64,000 bases of DNA from an uncultured Clostridia bacterium (GTDB lineage: Bacteria; Bacillota; Clostridia; Christensenellales; UBA1242), in contig CALBKX010000015.1 in NCBI GenBank assembly GCA_937895935.1, positions 31,079 through 95,078 on the forward strand, read 5' to 3'. Shown one piece after another: positions 54,364 to 62,581 of this stretch. A program made the position numbers and the translations under genes. Each line of letters opens with the position of its first letter. Position 1 is the first letter of the stretch. The notes beneath the pieces are model-generated. The model searched no databases, was not told where the DNA came from, and was given only the letters and a program-made list of their open reading frames with translations.

Positions 54364-54885
54364 GTGATTTGTTTGCCAACTATCGACCTTGTAAAAAATT
54401 CTGATATTTATAAAATCCCAGATGGAGGTGATTCTATGTCAAATTGTAATTGCAATAACAATACTACTAACACTGATAATTCTGATAAAACATGTTGCCC
54501 ACCTAATGGTTATTGGATTCCGGGCTGTCCACCACCACCGCCTTATCCACCATATCCATATGATTGTCCTCCAGTAAATCCAAATGGTAGTTCTATTGAA
54601 GCTCAAATTGCTAAATTAGCAAAGAAGTCTTCTATCATTAGAAAGATGATTGATAACTTGAAGAATAAGAAGAAGTCTATTCAAATTTCTATTGGCTGCG
54701 GTGCTTCTTATAATTTTGGAACTTATACGAATACCGAAGGAGAAGAAACGGATTATGGTAAAAAGGTGCTTGAAATTTTAGAGGAAGAGCTTGAAGCAAT
54801 TAAAGAAAAGCTAACAGAACTTAGTGGCGAATTAGAAGTTGAAGACGTCTCTACTACGGGCACTGAAACAACTGTTAAGCAGTAA
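54364..54885 (+). CDS. Cys/Pro-rich N-terminus plus coiled-coil protein, function unknown
   Basis: CNCNNN...CCPPNGYWIPGCPPPPPYPPYPYDCPP, then a heptad-like C-terminal half. The start is ambiguous (TTG 54373 or ATG 54436). Confidence 0.4.
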   Translation: MICLPTIDLVKNSDIYKIPDGGDSMSNCNCNNNTTNTDNSDKTCCPPNGYWIPGCPPPPPYPPYPYDCPPVNPNGSSIEAQIAKLAKKSSIIRKMIDNLKNKKKSIQISIGCGASYNFGTYTNTEGEETDYGKKVLEILEEELEAIKEKLTELSGELEVEDVSTTGTETTVKQ

Positions 54886-54891
54886 AGAAAA

Positions 54892-54929
54892 AGAGGACAG
54901 GTAAATAAAGCCTGTTCTCTTATTTTTTT
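54892..54929 (+). terminator. Rho-independent terminator
   Basis: Hairpin agaggacagg/cctgttctct followed by tattttttt. Confidence 0.7.
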
Positions 54930-54956
54930 GACTTTGTGCTTAAAATGAGATATAAT
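54928..54956 (+). promoter_or_regulatory. Sigma-A type promoter (TTGACT-17-TATAAT)
   Basis: ttgactttgtgcttaaaatgagatataattatttatagaaaag. Confidence 0.6.
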
Positions 54957-55019
54957 TATTTATAGAAAAGGGGCTAAAAAGAAAGGAGAAAAGAACTTAA
55001 ACAGAAGTCCTTAAAAGGT

Positions 55020-55048
55020 TTGATTCTTAAGGAAAAAGATGATATAAT
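55020..55048 (+). promoter_or_regulatory. Sigma-A type promoter (TTGATT-17-TGaTATAAT), near-duplicate of 55979-56007
   Basis: ttgattcttaaggaaaaagatgatataatg. Confidence 0.6.
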
Positions 55049-55082
55049 GTAATTAAAGAAATTAAAAAGTGAGGTTTTACTT

Positions 55083-55628
55083 ATGGGAAAAGTTTTAAAT
55101 GAAAAAGTTTTTACCAAACTAGTTCGGTTGAAAAAAGCAAAATACAATAAGATAAAGACCGGAGCAATTCAATATGATGATTCGCATTATATATTTACTG
55201 ATGGAATTATTGTCGCAAAAGTAAAAGAAAAAACTTTAACAGAAAAAATGAAAACGGTTAGTGATTTTGATGAAGGACAAATGAGACAAGTAGAAAGGAT
55301 TTTTAAGGAGTATGAAGAACAGAACTTGGACGAGGAAGAATTAGAATTAATAAAACTTTCAAATTTTGATTTTTGTGAAAATCCTACCGCCGCAGAAAAA
55401 CGATTAGAAACTCTTTATATTTTACAAGGTAAAGGGAATGGTGTTTTTACTCTTTTAAATAAAGATTTTGTAGACCCACTTTTGCCTTATAATCCTAAAT
55501 TTTATGCTACAAGAGATTTTTCACCAGTAGCCGTTAAAATTGGAAATAAATTATATGCCTTGATATGTTCAGTGAAGCCAAGTGATGAAATTATTGAGGA
55601 AATTAGAAAGGATTTAGAGAATGCTTGA
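55083..55628 (+). CDS. Hypothetical protein (181 aa)
   Basis: ORF with RBS. Confidence 0.4.
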   Translation: MGKVLNEKVFTKLVRLKKAKYNKIKTGAIQYDDSHYIFTDGIIVAKVKEKTLTEKMKTVSDFDEGQMRQVERIFKEYEEQNLDEEELELIKLSNFDFCENPTAAEKRLETLYILQGKGNGVFTLLNKDFVDPLLPYNPKFYATRDFSPVAVKIGNKLYALICSVKPSDEIIEEIRKDLENA

Positions 55629-55974
55629 ATTTGACAAAGTTGTAAAAGAAATTAAAGAGTATAAAAGAAAATCATCTTACTATTTGGAAACCGCATATGG
55701 TTTAGACTTTAATTGTAAGAATGGTTTCTTTCCTTGCGAAGTTTACAATCTTGACCGTTCCATTGCTCTTGAAATTTTACCTAGACTGTTGTATTTTAGA
55801 GACGCAACAACCACTTATCCCGGCGGTTTTAATTCATTAGAGGATTGGCGGCGAGAATTAAATAATATGTGTAATGAATTTTATAACTATATTTTTGATG
55901 AAGATTCCTACTCTGGTAGTGTTATAAATCCCTACATTAAATTGGCAGAATATGCTCCAGTTTTGTGGAATTAA
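55621..55974 (+). CDS. Hypothetical protein (117 aa)
   Basis: ORF overlapping the previous gene by 8 nt. Confidence 0.4.
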   Translation: MLEFDKVVKEIKEYKRKSSYYLETAYGLDFNCKNGFFPCEVYNLDRSIALEILPRLLYFRDATTTYPGGFNSLEDWRRELNNMCNEFYNYIFDEDSYSGSVINPYIKLAEYAPVLWN

Positions 55975-55978
55975 AAAA

Positions 55979-56007
55979 TTGATTCTTAAAGAGAAAGATG
56001 GTATAAT
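55979..56007 (+). promoter_or_regulatory. Sigma-A type promoter (TTGATT-17-TGgTATAAT)
   Basis: ttgattcttaaagagaaagatggtataataattacag. Confidence 0.6.
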
Positions 56008-56031
56008 AATTACAGTAAAGGTGATAATTAA

Positions 56032-56286
56032 ATGGACGAAAATATGTTAAGCGAGATTTTAAAAAAGAAAGTAATTGTTAAAATTACAACTTTTGAAAAG
56101 AACGAAGAATCCATGAACATTAAAGATAAGCAATATTTAAACTGGAGCAAGAAAGAAATTTTAGGCTCTATTGGCAATCGAACTTATGAAATTGTGGATA
56201 AAGAACCAGATAAGTTTCAATTTGGTGTTTTCTATGTTCTTAGAGATGGCAAGAGAGCTTACATTTTTGACTTAGACGAAAGTTGA
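56032..56286 (+). CDS. Hypothetical protein (84 aa)
   Basis: ORF with RBS AAGGTG. Confidence 0.4.
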   Translation: MDENMLSEILKKKVIVKITTFEKNEESMNIKDKQYLNWSKKEILGSIGNRTYEIVDKEPDKFQFGVFYVLRDGKRAYIFDLDES

Positions 56287-56311
56287 AAAACAAGAAAATT
56301 TATGTTATAAT
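56283..56311 (+). promoter_or_regulatory. Sigma-A type promoter (TTGAAA-17-TGtTATAAT)
   Basis: ttgaaaaacaagaaaatttatgttataataaatatagagagg. Confidence 0.6.
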
Positions 56312-56333
56312 AAATATAGAGAGGTGAAAAGAT

Positions 56334-56459
56334 ATGGAAACTTATGAATGCATTTGTGAAGAATGTGGTAAGGTATTTGATTCAACTGAAGAAAGAGCAA
56401 CCCTTTGTCCAGAATGTTGGCAAAAAATTGTTTCTGGTGAAGGTAAGGGAAATGATTAA
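56334..56459 (+). CDS. 41-aa zinc-ribbon protein METYECICEECGKVFDSTEERATLCPECWQKIVSGEGKGND
   Basis: RBS GAGAGGTG. Two CxxC pairs. Below the ORF track cutoff. Confidence 0.45.
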   Translation: METYECICEECGKVFDSTEERATLCPECWQKIVSGEGKGND

Positions 56460-56803
56460 TCCCTCCCTTTAAGTATAAACGCCGGCTTATGATAATTTAC
56501 CCACTTTATTGTAGGTCGGCACTATAAAAGATTACATTTTAAATAGACGCATTCAGCAAATTTTTATTATAAATTATAGGAATTATTTTAATGCGTCTAG
56601 TATAAATAAAGACATTTACAGCAATTGTTATTATTTATAGTGTTTCTTTTTTTTTCATGACGCTCCTTTTGTATTTTTAAATGTCTTGTTTTAAAGACTC
56701 ACCCAGCAAATACTTATAACAGGTTTGATGAATTGGTTAAAAGTATCTATGATAGGTGCTGCGACCCTATAAAAAAAAATGAGTCTTGTCAAGGAGAAAT
56801 AAA

Positions 56804-56968
56804 ATGCTTGAATTTTTATACTTTTTAGTAAAAATTGCGGCGGCGGTATTAATCGTTAAATATATTTGTGAAACAATACAAGTATATTTATCTCCAGAAA
56901 AGAAAAAACAAAAGAAAAAATTGTTCGACCCATTTTACATAGATGAGGATAAATTAGAAAGGAAATAA
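56804..56968 (+). CDS. Small membrane protein (54 aa)
   Basis: ATG 56804 after AAGGAG. TM segment FLYFLVKIAAAVLIVKYI followed by a Lys-rich tail. Confidence 0.4.
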   Translation: MLEFLYFLVKIAAAVLIVKYICETIQVYLSPEKKKQKKKLFDPFYIDEDKLERK

Positions 56969-56969
56969 A

Positions 56970-57434
56970 ATGTTGGAGTCAGCTTATCTTTATAAGGATG
57001 AAATTGAAAAGAGTTTTATTAAACTGCAAGGAACGAAAGAAATATTATTTTATTGCGGCAGTTATTTTGGATACATTCCAGAAATAGAAAAAGAAAGAAG
57101 TAATCAATATGCTATTACTGAAAGAGGAAAATTAATCGGATATTTTACTTACACTTTTGATGTTTATAGTCTGTGCGTGAAGGACTTTGGATTAATGTCT
57201 TTTGATTTAAATAATAAAAGAATTGGATTAGATGTCTATAAACAAATCAAAAAACTAATTTCTGAATATAATGCTCATAGAATTGAATACCATATGATTA
57301 GCGACAATCCAGTTGAAAAACATTATGATAATTTTTGTGAAAGGTTTCAGGGCAGAAAGCTTGTTCTTAAGGATGTTTTCAAAGATGAGAAAGGAGTATA
57401 TCATGATGATGTTATTTATGAAATTTTAATATAA
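56970..57434 (+). CDS. Hypothetical protein, weakly GNAT-acetyltransferase-like
   Basis: Size and the ...GKLIGYFTY...RIGLDVYKQIKKLI... pattern. Weak assignment. Confidence 0.3.
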   Translation: MLESAYLYKDEIEKSFIKLQGTKEILFYCGSYFGYIPEIEKERSNQYAITERGKLIGYFTYTFDVYSLCVKDFGLMSFDLNNKRIGLDVYKQIKKLISEYNAHRIEYHMISDNPVEKHYDNFCERFQGRKLVLKDVFKDEKGVYHDDVIYEILI

Positions 57435-57435
57435 T

Positions 57436-57512
57436 GAGATATTAGCTCAGTTGGTAGAAGCGTTATACTTTTAATATAAAGGTCGAGGGTTCAAATCCCT
57501 CATATCTCACCA
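57436..57512 (+). tRNA. tRNA-Lys (anticodon UUU) with encoded CCA
   Basis: Manual cloverleaf. Acceptor gagatat/atatctc. D arm gct(c)/(a)agc with loop agttggta. Anticodon stem ttata/tataa with loop cTTTTaa. T arm gaggg-ttcaaat-ccctc. Discriminator A plus CCA. Confidence 0.85.
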
Positions 57513-57515
57513 AAA

Positions 57516-57547
57516 AGTCAATAGTTTTTTCTATTGACTATTTTTTT
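57516..57547 (+). terminator. Rho-independent terminator after the tRNA
   Basis: Hairpin agtcaatag/ctattgact followed by attttttt. Confidence 0.75.
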
Positions 57548-57569
57548 ATCTAAAAAGGAGAAAAATATC

Positions 57570-57953
57570 ATGATTAGTTTTGAAAACGGTAAAGCAAAAG
57601 TGAATACCAATCCACTTAAACCTTGTAAGAGAATGGTTTTTATCTCTCAGCCAATGAGGGGTTTAACAGAGGAACAGATTAAACAAAGAAAACATGAAGC
57701 AATTGAAAAAATTCTTTATGTTATCAAAGAAGTTTATGGAACAGATGAAGTGGGAATTATTGATAGCTATCTTTCAAACACCCCAAAGTCTGATAATCCA
57801 AGTGTTTGGTGTCTTGGTCGGGCAATTCAATTGATGGCGGATGCTGATTTAGTTTTTGTCTGTGATGGATACGAAAATGCTCGTGGTTGTTTAATTGAAG
57901 TTGAGGTTGCTAAGAAGTATAATATTCCAATTATTTATGAGGAGGACTGCTAA
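57570..57953 (+). CDS. DUF4406 / nucleoside 2-deoxyribosyltransferase-like protein
   Basis: MVFISQPMRGL...ADLVFVCDGYENARGCLIEVEVAKKYNIPI pattern, typical of the DUF4406 Rossmann-like family. Start ATG 57570. Confidence 0.45.
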   Translation: MISFENGKAKVNTNPLKPCKRMVFISQPMRGLTEEQIKQRKHEAIEKILYVIKEVYGTDEVGIIDSYLSNTPKSDNPSVWCLGRAIQLMADADLVFVCDGYENARGCLIEVEVAKKYNIPIIYEEDC

Positions 57954-57955
57954 TT

Positions 57956-58078
57956 ATGAGAGCGATTAATGATGTTAAGTTAAGAATTGAAAAGTTAAGC
58001 AAGAAGCCAGTAGAAAATTTTAGGCTAATTAATAAGTGGAAGAGAATTCTAAAGAAGATGGAAGGAGAAGTTGCCTAA
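57956..58078 (+). CDS. Hypothetical 40-aa protein
   Basis: ATG 57956 after GGAGGA. The stop overlaps the next ATG (TAATG). Confidence 0.3.
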   Translation: MRAINDVKLRIEKLSKKPVENFRLINKWKRILKKMEGEVA

Positions 58079-58338
58079 TGAATTATATTGTAATTAATTT
58101 GAAAGATAATAGTGGTCGTTTCTTCGATACCAAGCAAATTGCTTATGATTATATTTTCTCTAAGATTGGCTACATGACTGCTAGAATGCTTACTGATAAT
58201 ACTGCTGATAAAGATATTGAAGATTATTTAAACAGTTTTGAAATGAACGAAAAGCAAAATGGAGATTGTGTGCTTTCTGTAAAGAATTCTTGTTTTAATT
58301 TTAAAGTATATCAGGTTAGCATTTGCTGTAAGGCATAA
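58078..58338 (+). CDS. Hypothetical protein (86 aa)
   Basis: Start revised to ATG 58078 (after GGAAGGAG). Confidence 0.35.
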   Translation: MNYIVINLKDNSGRFFDTKQIAYDYIFSKIGYMTARMLTDNTADKDIEDYLNSFEMNEKQNGDCVLSVKNSCFNFKVYQVSICCKA

Positions 58339-58392
58339 AAATAAATGACATTTACCGCAAAAAATTTTTTTAGTGTCATGTGGGGGTTTTGT

Positions 58393-59832
58393 ATGAATTT
58401 TTCTGATAAAATTAAATCTTTAACAAACTTAAAACAAACTGAAAACGGCGGCGTAGCTTATTCTACCAGTGGTTCTCCTTTACTGGACTTATTTGCTTGG
58501 GGCGGCAGCCTAAGAACTCGTAGCGAAGAAGAAATTAAGAATATGTATCTTGCCGCAAGAGACGAAGACAAAGAATTAGCAGACTCTTTTGTTCTCTATG
58601 TAAGAGATATTCGTAATACCGGATGTGGCGAACGTAGAACTGGCAGAATTTTATTAAAAACTTTGGCGGCATTAGACCCGAACAAGATTATTAGAAATTT
58701 TCAAACCATTGTTAATGCTGGAAGATACGATGATTTATTCATTTTCATTGGAACACCAGTCGAAAAAGAAATGTTTTCCTTTATCAAAGAGCAATTAACA
58801 AAAGATATTATTAGTTATGAAAAGAAAGAACCCGTTAGTTTATTAGCTAAATGGCTTAAAAGCGCCAATACTTCAAGTAAAGAATCCAGAGATATTGCCA
58901 GAAAAACATATAATTTTTTAGGAATTAATGAAAAGGATTATAGAAAGCTACTTTCTATTTTAAGAGAATATTTAAATATTACAGAACGCTATATGAGTCT
59001 AAATCAATGGGAAAAGATTGATTTTTCTAAAGTCCCTTCTTATTCTATGAGCAAATATAAAAATGCTTTTAGAGATAAGCAACCTGAACGATTCCAAGAG
59101 TATATTGATAGTCTAAAAAGTGGAGAAACAAAGATTAATTCTTCTGTATTATTTCCACATGATTTGATTAAGAAATATGACATAACTCATACTGATGATA
59201 TTATAGAAGAACAATGGAAAGCTTTACCCAACTATGTAAATGGTGAAAAAGATGTTTTGGTTATGATTGACATCTCAGGTTCAATGGTAGTGGATGGGGC
59301 AATCTATGTTTCTATAGGATTAGGGATTTATTTTGCTCAAAGAAATAAAGGGGCTTACCATAATCAATTTATGACTTTTTCTAAAAAGCCTAGATTGGTT
59401 AGTCTAGATGATTGTCATACTTTACGAGACAGTATCACAAAAACATCAAATCCATCTTATGTAGGTTTTAATACTGATTTAGATAAAGCTTTTCATTTAA
59501 TTTACAATATAGCAAAAGATACAAATGACGCTCCAGCAGCTTTAGTTGTTATTAGCGATATGGAAATTGATTCATACAGAGAAGATAGCTTCGGTATTGT
59601 CGATAAATGGAGAAGGAAATTTGATGAGATTGGTGTTGAATTACCAAAGCTAATTTTATGGAACGCACAATCAAGAAATGATACTCAACTATCAGATAAA
59701 AATGACCCAAATATTAGTTTCATTTCTGGATGTTCTGCCGCAACTTTTAATCATTTAGATACATTAATTAATAAAAGTTCTTATAGTGCTATGGTTGAGA
59801 TTTTATCTTTGCCACAATTTCAATGGCAGTAA
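58393..59832 (+). CDS. DUF2828-like protein with C-terminal vWA domain (Ro60/TROVE-like architecture)
   Basis: N-terminus KQTENGGVAYSTSGSPLLDLF...YVRDIRNTGCGERR matches my recollection of the DUF2828 signature. vWA MIDAS VLVMIDISGSM and ...VVISDME. Confidence 0.5.
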   Translation: MNFSDKIKSLTNLKQTENGGVAYSTSGSPLLDLFAWGGSLRTRSEEEIKNMYLAARDEDKELADSFVLYVRDIRNTGCGERRTGRILLKTLAALDPNKIIRNFQTIVNAGRYDDLFIFIGTPVEKEMFSFIKEQLTKDIISYEKKEPVSLLAKWLKSANTSSKESRDIARKTYNFLGINEKDYRKLLSILREYLNITERYMSLNQWEKIDFSKVPSYSMSKYKNAFRDKQPERFQEYIDSLKSGETKINSSVLFPHDLIKKYDITHTDDIIEEQWKALPNYVNGEKDVLVMIDISGSMVVDGAIYVSIGLGIYFAQRNKGAYHNQFMTFSKKPRLVSLDDCHTLRDSITKTSNPSYVGFNTDLDKAFHLIYNIAKDTNDAPAALVVISDMEIDSYREDSFGIVDKWRRKFDEIGVELPKLILWNAQSRNDTQLSDKNDPNISFISGCSAATFNHLDTLINKSSYSAMVEILSLPQFQWQ

Positions 59833-59840
59833 GATTTTTA

Positions 59841-59870
59841 GAGGATGGATTAAAGTCTGTCCTCTTTTTT
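59841..59870 (+). terminator. Probable rho-independent terminator
   Basis: Imperfect hairpin gagga.../...tcctc followed by tttttt. Confidence 0.45.
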
Positions 59871-59872
59871 AT

Positions 59873-59901
59873 TAGATTTTTTAGTCGGCGTATGTTATAA
59901 T
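59873..59901 (+). promoter_or_regulatory. Sigma-A type promoter (TAGATT-17-TGtTATAAT)
   Basis: tagattttttagtcggcgtatgttataataattatagaaac. Confidence 0.5.
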
Positions 59902-59932
59902 AATTATAGAAACAAAAGAGGAGGTATGCCTA

Positions 59933-61522
59933 TTGTATACACAAGAAGAAACTCAATTTTATCCAACTCCTAAAGAACTGGCTGAACATATTGGAAGAAA
60001 AATTAATCAAAGAGAAATTCATTCTGTATTAGAACCATCCGCTGGAAAAGGCGATTTATTGCTAGCATTAGATACAAAATATTCAAGAGCTATTGAAGTT
60101 ATTGAAACTGACCCAAATTTACAAGCTATTTTAAAAGAAAAAGATTATCCTATTGTTGGAGATGATTTTTTAAATTTTTCAACTTATATGTCTTATGATT
60201 TGATTCTAATGAATCCACCATTTAAAGATGGAGACAAACATTTACTCAAAGCTATTGAAATTCAAAAGAATGGCGGACAAATTGTTTGCATTTTAAATGC
60301 TGAAACCTTAAAAAATCCTTATTCTAATACAAGAAAAGAACTTTTAGCAAAAATTGAAGATTATGATGGAGAAGTGGAATATTTAATTTCTGCTTTTTCT
60401 AATGCTGAAAGAAAAACAGATGTTAAAATCGCCATTGTCTATTTGAATATTCCTAAAGTGATATATAATATGGATATTTTTAATAATTTAATTGCTGGAG
60501 AAGAATTCAATTCAACTTATGAAGAATATAATAAATATCAATTAGCTACTAATAATACAATTTCAAATATTTTAAAACAATATAATGATGAAAGTCGTTT
60601 AGGTTTAACTTTGATTGATACTTATGAAAAAATGGCGGCAATTATTCCTGATTATACTTTTGGCGGCACAAAAACTCCTTTAATTAAAATGTCGATTAGT
60701 AGCTCAGAGACTGAAGATGAAAAAAAGAAGCATTATTCGCTCAAGAATTCCTTCATTCGACAATTAAGATATAAATATTGGAGTTTATTGTTCCAAAGCA
60801 ACGAATTATCAAAACTTTTTACACAAGAAGTGAAACAACAATACATGACACAATTAAATAAAATGCGGGCATATGATTTTACTCCAGCAAATATTAGAAA
60901 AATCTATGCTGATTTGTCTAAAAATCTGTCTAACAATATTGAGGCAGCAATTCTAAAACAATTTGATGAATTATCTTATCAAGGTTCTTTAGAAAAAGTA
61001 AACAATATTCATTATTTTAATGGCTGGAAGACTAATTCCGCCTTTAAAATCAATAAAAAAGTTATTATTCGTCATATGTATAACGGCAATGGGTGGAATT
61101 ATTCTTATAAAGGTAGAGATATTCTTGAAGAGTTAGAAAAGATTTTTACTTATTTAGATGCAGAAAAAAGAGATGGTGAACCTATTTATCCTATTCTGTC
61201 TAAAGCTTTTAATCGTTGGAATTATGCTGGTGAACGACTACATTTTAAATATTTTGATGTAGAATTTAAAAAGAAAGGAACTCTACATTTATGGTTCAAT
61301 GATTTGGAACTATTAAAAAAATTTAATATCTTTGGGGCTAATAAGAAAGGCTGGTTGCCAAATGATTATGGAAAAAAATCTTATAGCGAAATGAATGAAG
61401 AAGAAAAAGAAGTAGTAAATTCTTTTGAAGGAAAGAAAGAATATGAAGATACCATGAGAAATAGTTCCTATTATTTAGGGAATACAACTCAAAACTTTTT
61501 AGGAATCGAAATGAATACTTAA
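59933..61522 (+). CDS. N6-adenine DNA methyltransferase (NPPF) with a long C-terminal extension
   Basis: FYPTPKELAEHI, LEPSAGKGDL (motif I), LILMNPPF (motif IV). TTG start 7 nt after GAGGAGGT. Confidence 0.7.
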   Translation: MYTQEETQFYPTPKELAEHIGRKINQREIHSVLEPSAGKGDLLLALDTKYSRAIEVIETDPNLQAILKEKDYPIVGDDFLNFSTYMSYDLILMNPPFKDGDKHLLKAIEIQKNGGQIVCILNAETLKNPYSNTRKELLAKIEDYDGEVEYLISAFSNAERKTDVKIAIVYLNIPKVIYNMDIFNNLIAGEEFNSTYEEYNKYQLATNNTISNILKQYNDESRLGLTLIDTYEKMAAIIPDYTFGGTKTPLIKMSISSSETEDEKKKHYSLKNSFIRQLRYKYWSLLFQSNELSKLFTQEVKQQYMTQLNKMRAYDFTPANIRKIYADLSKNLSNNIEAAILKQFDELSYQGSLEKVNNIHYFNGWKTNSAFKINKKVIIRHMYNGNGWNYSYKGRDILEELEKIFTYLDAEKRDGEPIYPILSKAFNRWNYAGERLHFKYFDVEFKKKGTLHLWFNDLELLKKFNIFGANKKGWLPNDYGKKSYSEMNEEEKEVVNSFEGKKEYEDTMRNSSYYLGNTTQNFLGIEMNT

Positions 61523-61553
61523 TAATTTGTTTATAAGTTTTTGTTAAAAATAG

Positions 61554-61582
61554 TAGAAATGAGTTGCCGCCTGTGCTATAAT
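61554..61582 (+). promoter_or_regulatory. Sigma-A type promoter (weak -35, TGcTATAAT)
   Basis: tagaaatgagttgccgcctgtgctataataattatagaaag. Confidence 0.5.
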
Positions 61583-61611
61583 AATTATAGAAAGTGAAAG
61601 AGAGGTAAAAT

Positions 61612-61944
61612 ATGAAAATTAAAACTCATTTAATAACGATAAGCCAACATGATGATTATGAAGTTAAGTGGGTAAATAGACTTATAGACATGAAACCTCA
61701 GTTAAAAAATGAATTACCAACTTTCGTAATTATTTCAAACAAAGGACGAATGGAACTAAACACTATTAATATCCTTCAAGTAGAAAAAGCGGCAATGAAA
61801 TTCTCTATGCCGAAAGGAAAAGAATCAATTACAAGCGATAGGAGTTATATTTATATTAAAGAACAGAATAATATTGAAACTCTTTTGGGAATTATAACTC
61901 ATTATCATGTTAGAGATTTTGCTCCTATGTATGACGAACTTTGA
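61612..61944 (+). CDS. Hypothetical protein (110 aa)
   Basis: ORF with RBS GAGAGG. Confidence 0.4.
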   Translation: MKIKTHLITISQHDDYEVKWVNRLIDMKPQLKNELPTFVIISNKGRMELNTINILQVEKAAMKFSMPKGKESITSDRSYIYIKEQNNIETLLGIITHYHVRDFAPMYDEL

Positions 61945-61960
61945 AAGGAGATAATGTAGA

Positions 61961-62314
61961 ATGTTTACTTGTTGTTTGTGTGGTAAAAAATATAGCACTT
62001 CTAACGAAGCTGTGCAATGTGTTAATCGTTGCGGAAGAGAGTATCAGAGAGATGGAAAATTTTCAGTAAAAGAATCTGTATATAGAGAGGGAAAGAAGAC
62101 GGTGTCTTTTTCGCATCAATATAGTAGCACAGAAACATTAGAGAACATTTTCAACGAAGTAAAAGAAATCACACCTGAACCTGAGTTTAAAAATTTTAAG
62201 ATTTCTATTTTAAAAGGTTGGGACACGTTATCACTGCTTGAAAAAGAAAATAGAATTAAGTCGGCGGCAATGGTGAGAGATTTGATGTATGTTAGTAAAA
62301 TGTTCAAAAATTAA
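61961..62314 (+). CDS. Hypothetical zinc-finger protein (CCLCG...CVNRC)
   Basis: ORF with RBS AAGGAG. Confidence 0.4.
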   Translation: MFTCCLCGKKYSTSNEAVQCVNRCGREYQRDGKFSVKESVYREGKKTVSFSHQYSSTETLENIFNEVKEITPEPEFKNFKISILKGWDTLSLLEKENRIKSAAMVRDLMYVSKMFKN

Positions 62315-62327
62315 AATGATTCCTGTG

Positions 62328-62356
62328 TTGTTTCTAACCTATGTTTATAGTATAAT
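62328..62356 (+). promoter_or_regulatory. Sigma-A type promoter (TTGTTT-17-TATAAT)
   Basis: ttgtttctaacctatgtttatagtataat. Confidence 0.5.
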
Positions 62357-62385
62357 ATATGCAGGAAGTTGAGAGGAGCGATAGG

Positions 62386-62580
62386 GTGGAAACGTATATT
62401 TTTACAATTTATAATCCAGAAAGTTCTAAGTATTTTTTCTATAAACAGGATTTAGGCTATGAGTGTAGTGAGAATCTATTGAATCATTTATTGAAGGAAT
62501 ATTGTAGGATTGAAAGTAATAGAGATAATTACGAAGAAAGCTTGTCAAAATCTTTTTGGGAAATGAAAGGAGATATGTAA
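62386..62580 (+). CDS. Hypothetical protein (64 aa)
   Basis: The tracked ATG 62359 lies 3 nt after the -10 box. GTG 62386, 7 nt after GAGAGGAG, is the more plausible start. Confidence 0.35.
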   Translation: METYIFTIYNPESSKYFFYKQDLGYECSENLLNHLLKEYCRIESNRDNYEESLSKSFWEMKGDM

Positions 62581-62581
62581 A

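Noticed and set aside
57436-57512. Possibility that the tRNA is a suppressor and that the phage uses a reassigned stop codon
   Set aside because: The anticodon loop cTTTTaa gives UUU (Lys). Genes across the window are closed by ordinary stops, and conserved proteins read through cleanly in the standard code. Frame breaks are explained by introns or single-nucleotide frame changes rather than by a recurring in-frame stop codon.
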